From Strigamia acuminata (taxonomy: Eukaryota): a DNA stretch of 64,000 nucleotides. A model generated the notes under the pieces. That model had not been told where the DNA came from. It made no database searches and saw nothing but the letters and a program-made list of their open reading frames with translations. Location of the stretch: the NCBI GenBank assembly GCA_949358305.1, contig OX442314.1, positions 32,612,001 through 32,676,000 on the forward strand. The letters run 5' to 3'. Within the stretch, counting starts at the first letter, position 1, and each line of letters opens with the position of its first letter. Of this stretch, positions 63,270 to 64,000 are shown in pieces. The translations under genes and the position numbers were made by a program.

Positions 63270-64000
63270 TTATGAATGTGGAGCCGTGTCTGTCTTTTGC
63301 TGTACAACTATACTGGAATTGGGATCCTTTCACGTTTCAACGTCATTATTGTACGTCATTTCTGCTACAAAGAAAATCGTTACAGCTGTGTTGTTTACCT
63401 TTTCCAGCACATAGAAAAACGTCAAAAGAAGAAAATTTTGTTATTGGACCCGCCCTCAGGTTCCTTGGACATTCACGACATGTTTGTTGATTGTAGACTC
63501 CGCATGCCAATTAATTCATAACTTATTAATTTAAATCGAGTTAACTGGGCAACAGTTGCCAAAGCAAATCACCAGCAAATGAATAATTAACATAGTGTGG
63601 TCGTGTATTTTGTATCGTGCATGTTGTGATTAACGGCCAAGATGTGGGCAACTCGGAGAATGAACGTTCTAAGAGTTTGTTTTGTTTGCTTCTTTTCTGG
63701 ATTTATTGGCATTTCAAACAGTAATCGTTTAAGAATTATATAAATTGAAAAAAATTCTGGCAACTAATCAGGGTATGTGTACATTTACCTTTAATTTTAG
63801 CACGAGAAAACACTTCTTTAACTAACTCACACTTTGCTGACTATAATGAACTCGATTTTCAATTATCTAAAATTGTACAAATCACAAACATGAGAAGAAT
63901 ACACATAATTTATTATCAGGATGATTATGGTTAGTAAAAATCCCAAATATTATTTAGGTTTATGTATTTATTTATCTTCCGTTCTTATTCTAGTTTCAAA
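63270..64000 (+). pseudogene. IR-like gene copy C, 5' exons (runs off window)
   Basis: Homologous to 42598-43378. Confidence 0.6.

Larger units (their letters stand above)
55649..64000 (+). repeat. Segmental duplication copy 2
   Basis: Collinear with 38313-43378, with extra segments at 59113-61246 and 61326-63068. Confidence 0.95.

Overview
Eukaryotic, intron-containing, transposon-dense DNA, most likely from an arthropod. A geophilomorph centipede such as Strigamia is a guess based on the Copia-MBD elements and the short introns. The main contents are: (1) two different, apparently intact and young Ty1/copia LTR retrotransposons (5068-12317 +, 44580-51569 -), each carrying a methyl-CpG-binding domain (MBD) between integrase and RT; (2) two non-autonomous TIR DNA elements carrying intron-associated host gene fragments (Pack-type). 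One is a CCCAG-terminated element with a TA target-site duplication (TSD) at 2097-14565 carrying DDX39B/UAP56 and RIOK1 pieces, itself nested in a larger CpG-rich satellite/foldback element ending at 15535. The other is a GGC-terminated element with an 8-bp TSD at 31346-38273 carrying ICMT, AAR2 and GTF3C2 pieces; (3) a decayed Ty3/gypsy element with a clear -1 frameshift signal, three solo LTRs, and BEL/Pao and Mag-like fragments; (4) three copies of a divergent ionotropic-receptor-like gene and two intronless SRPK-like pseudogenes, partly within a recent segmental duplication (38313-43378 vs 55649-64000). No clearly functional host gene was found. All protein family calls come from motif recognition by eye; no database search was run.
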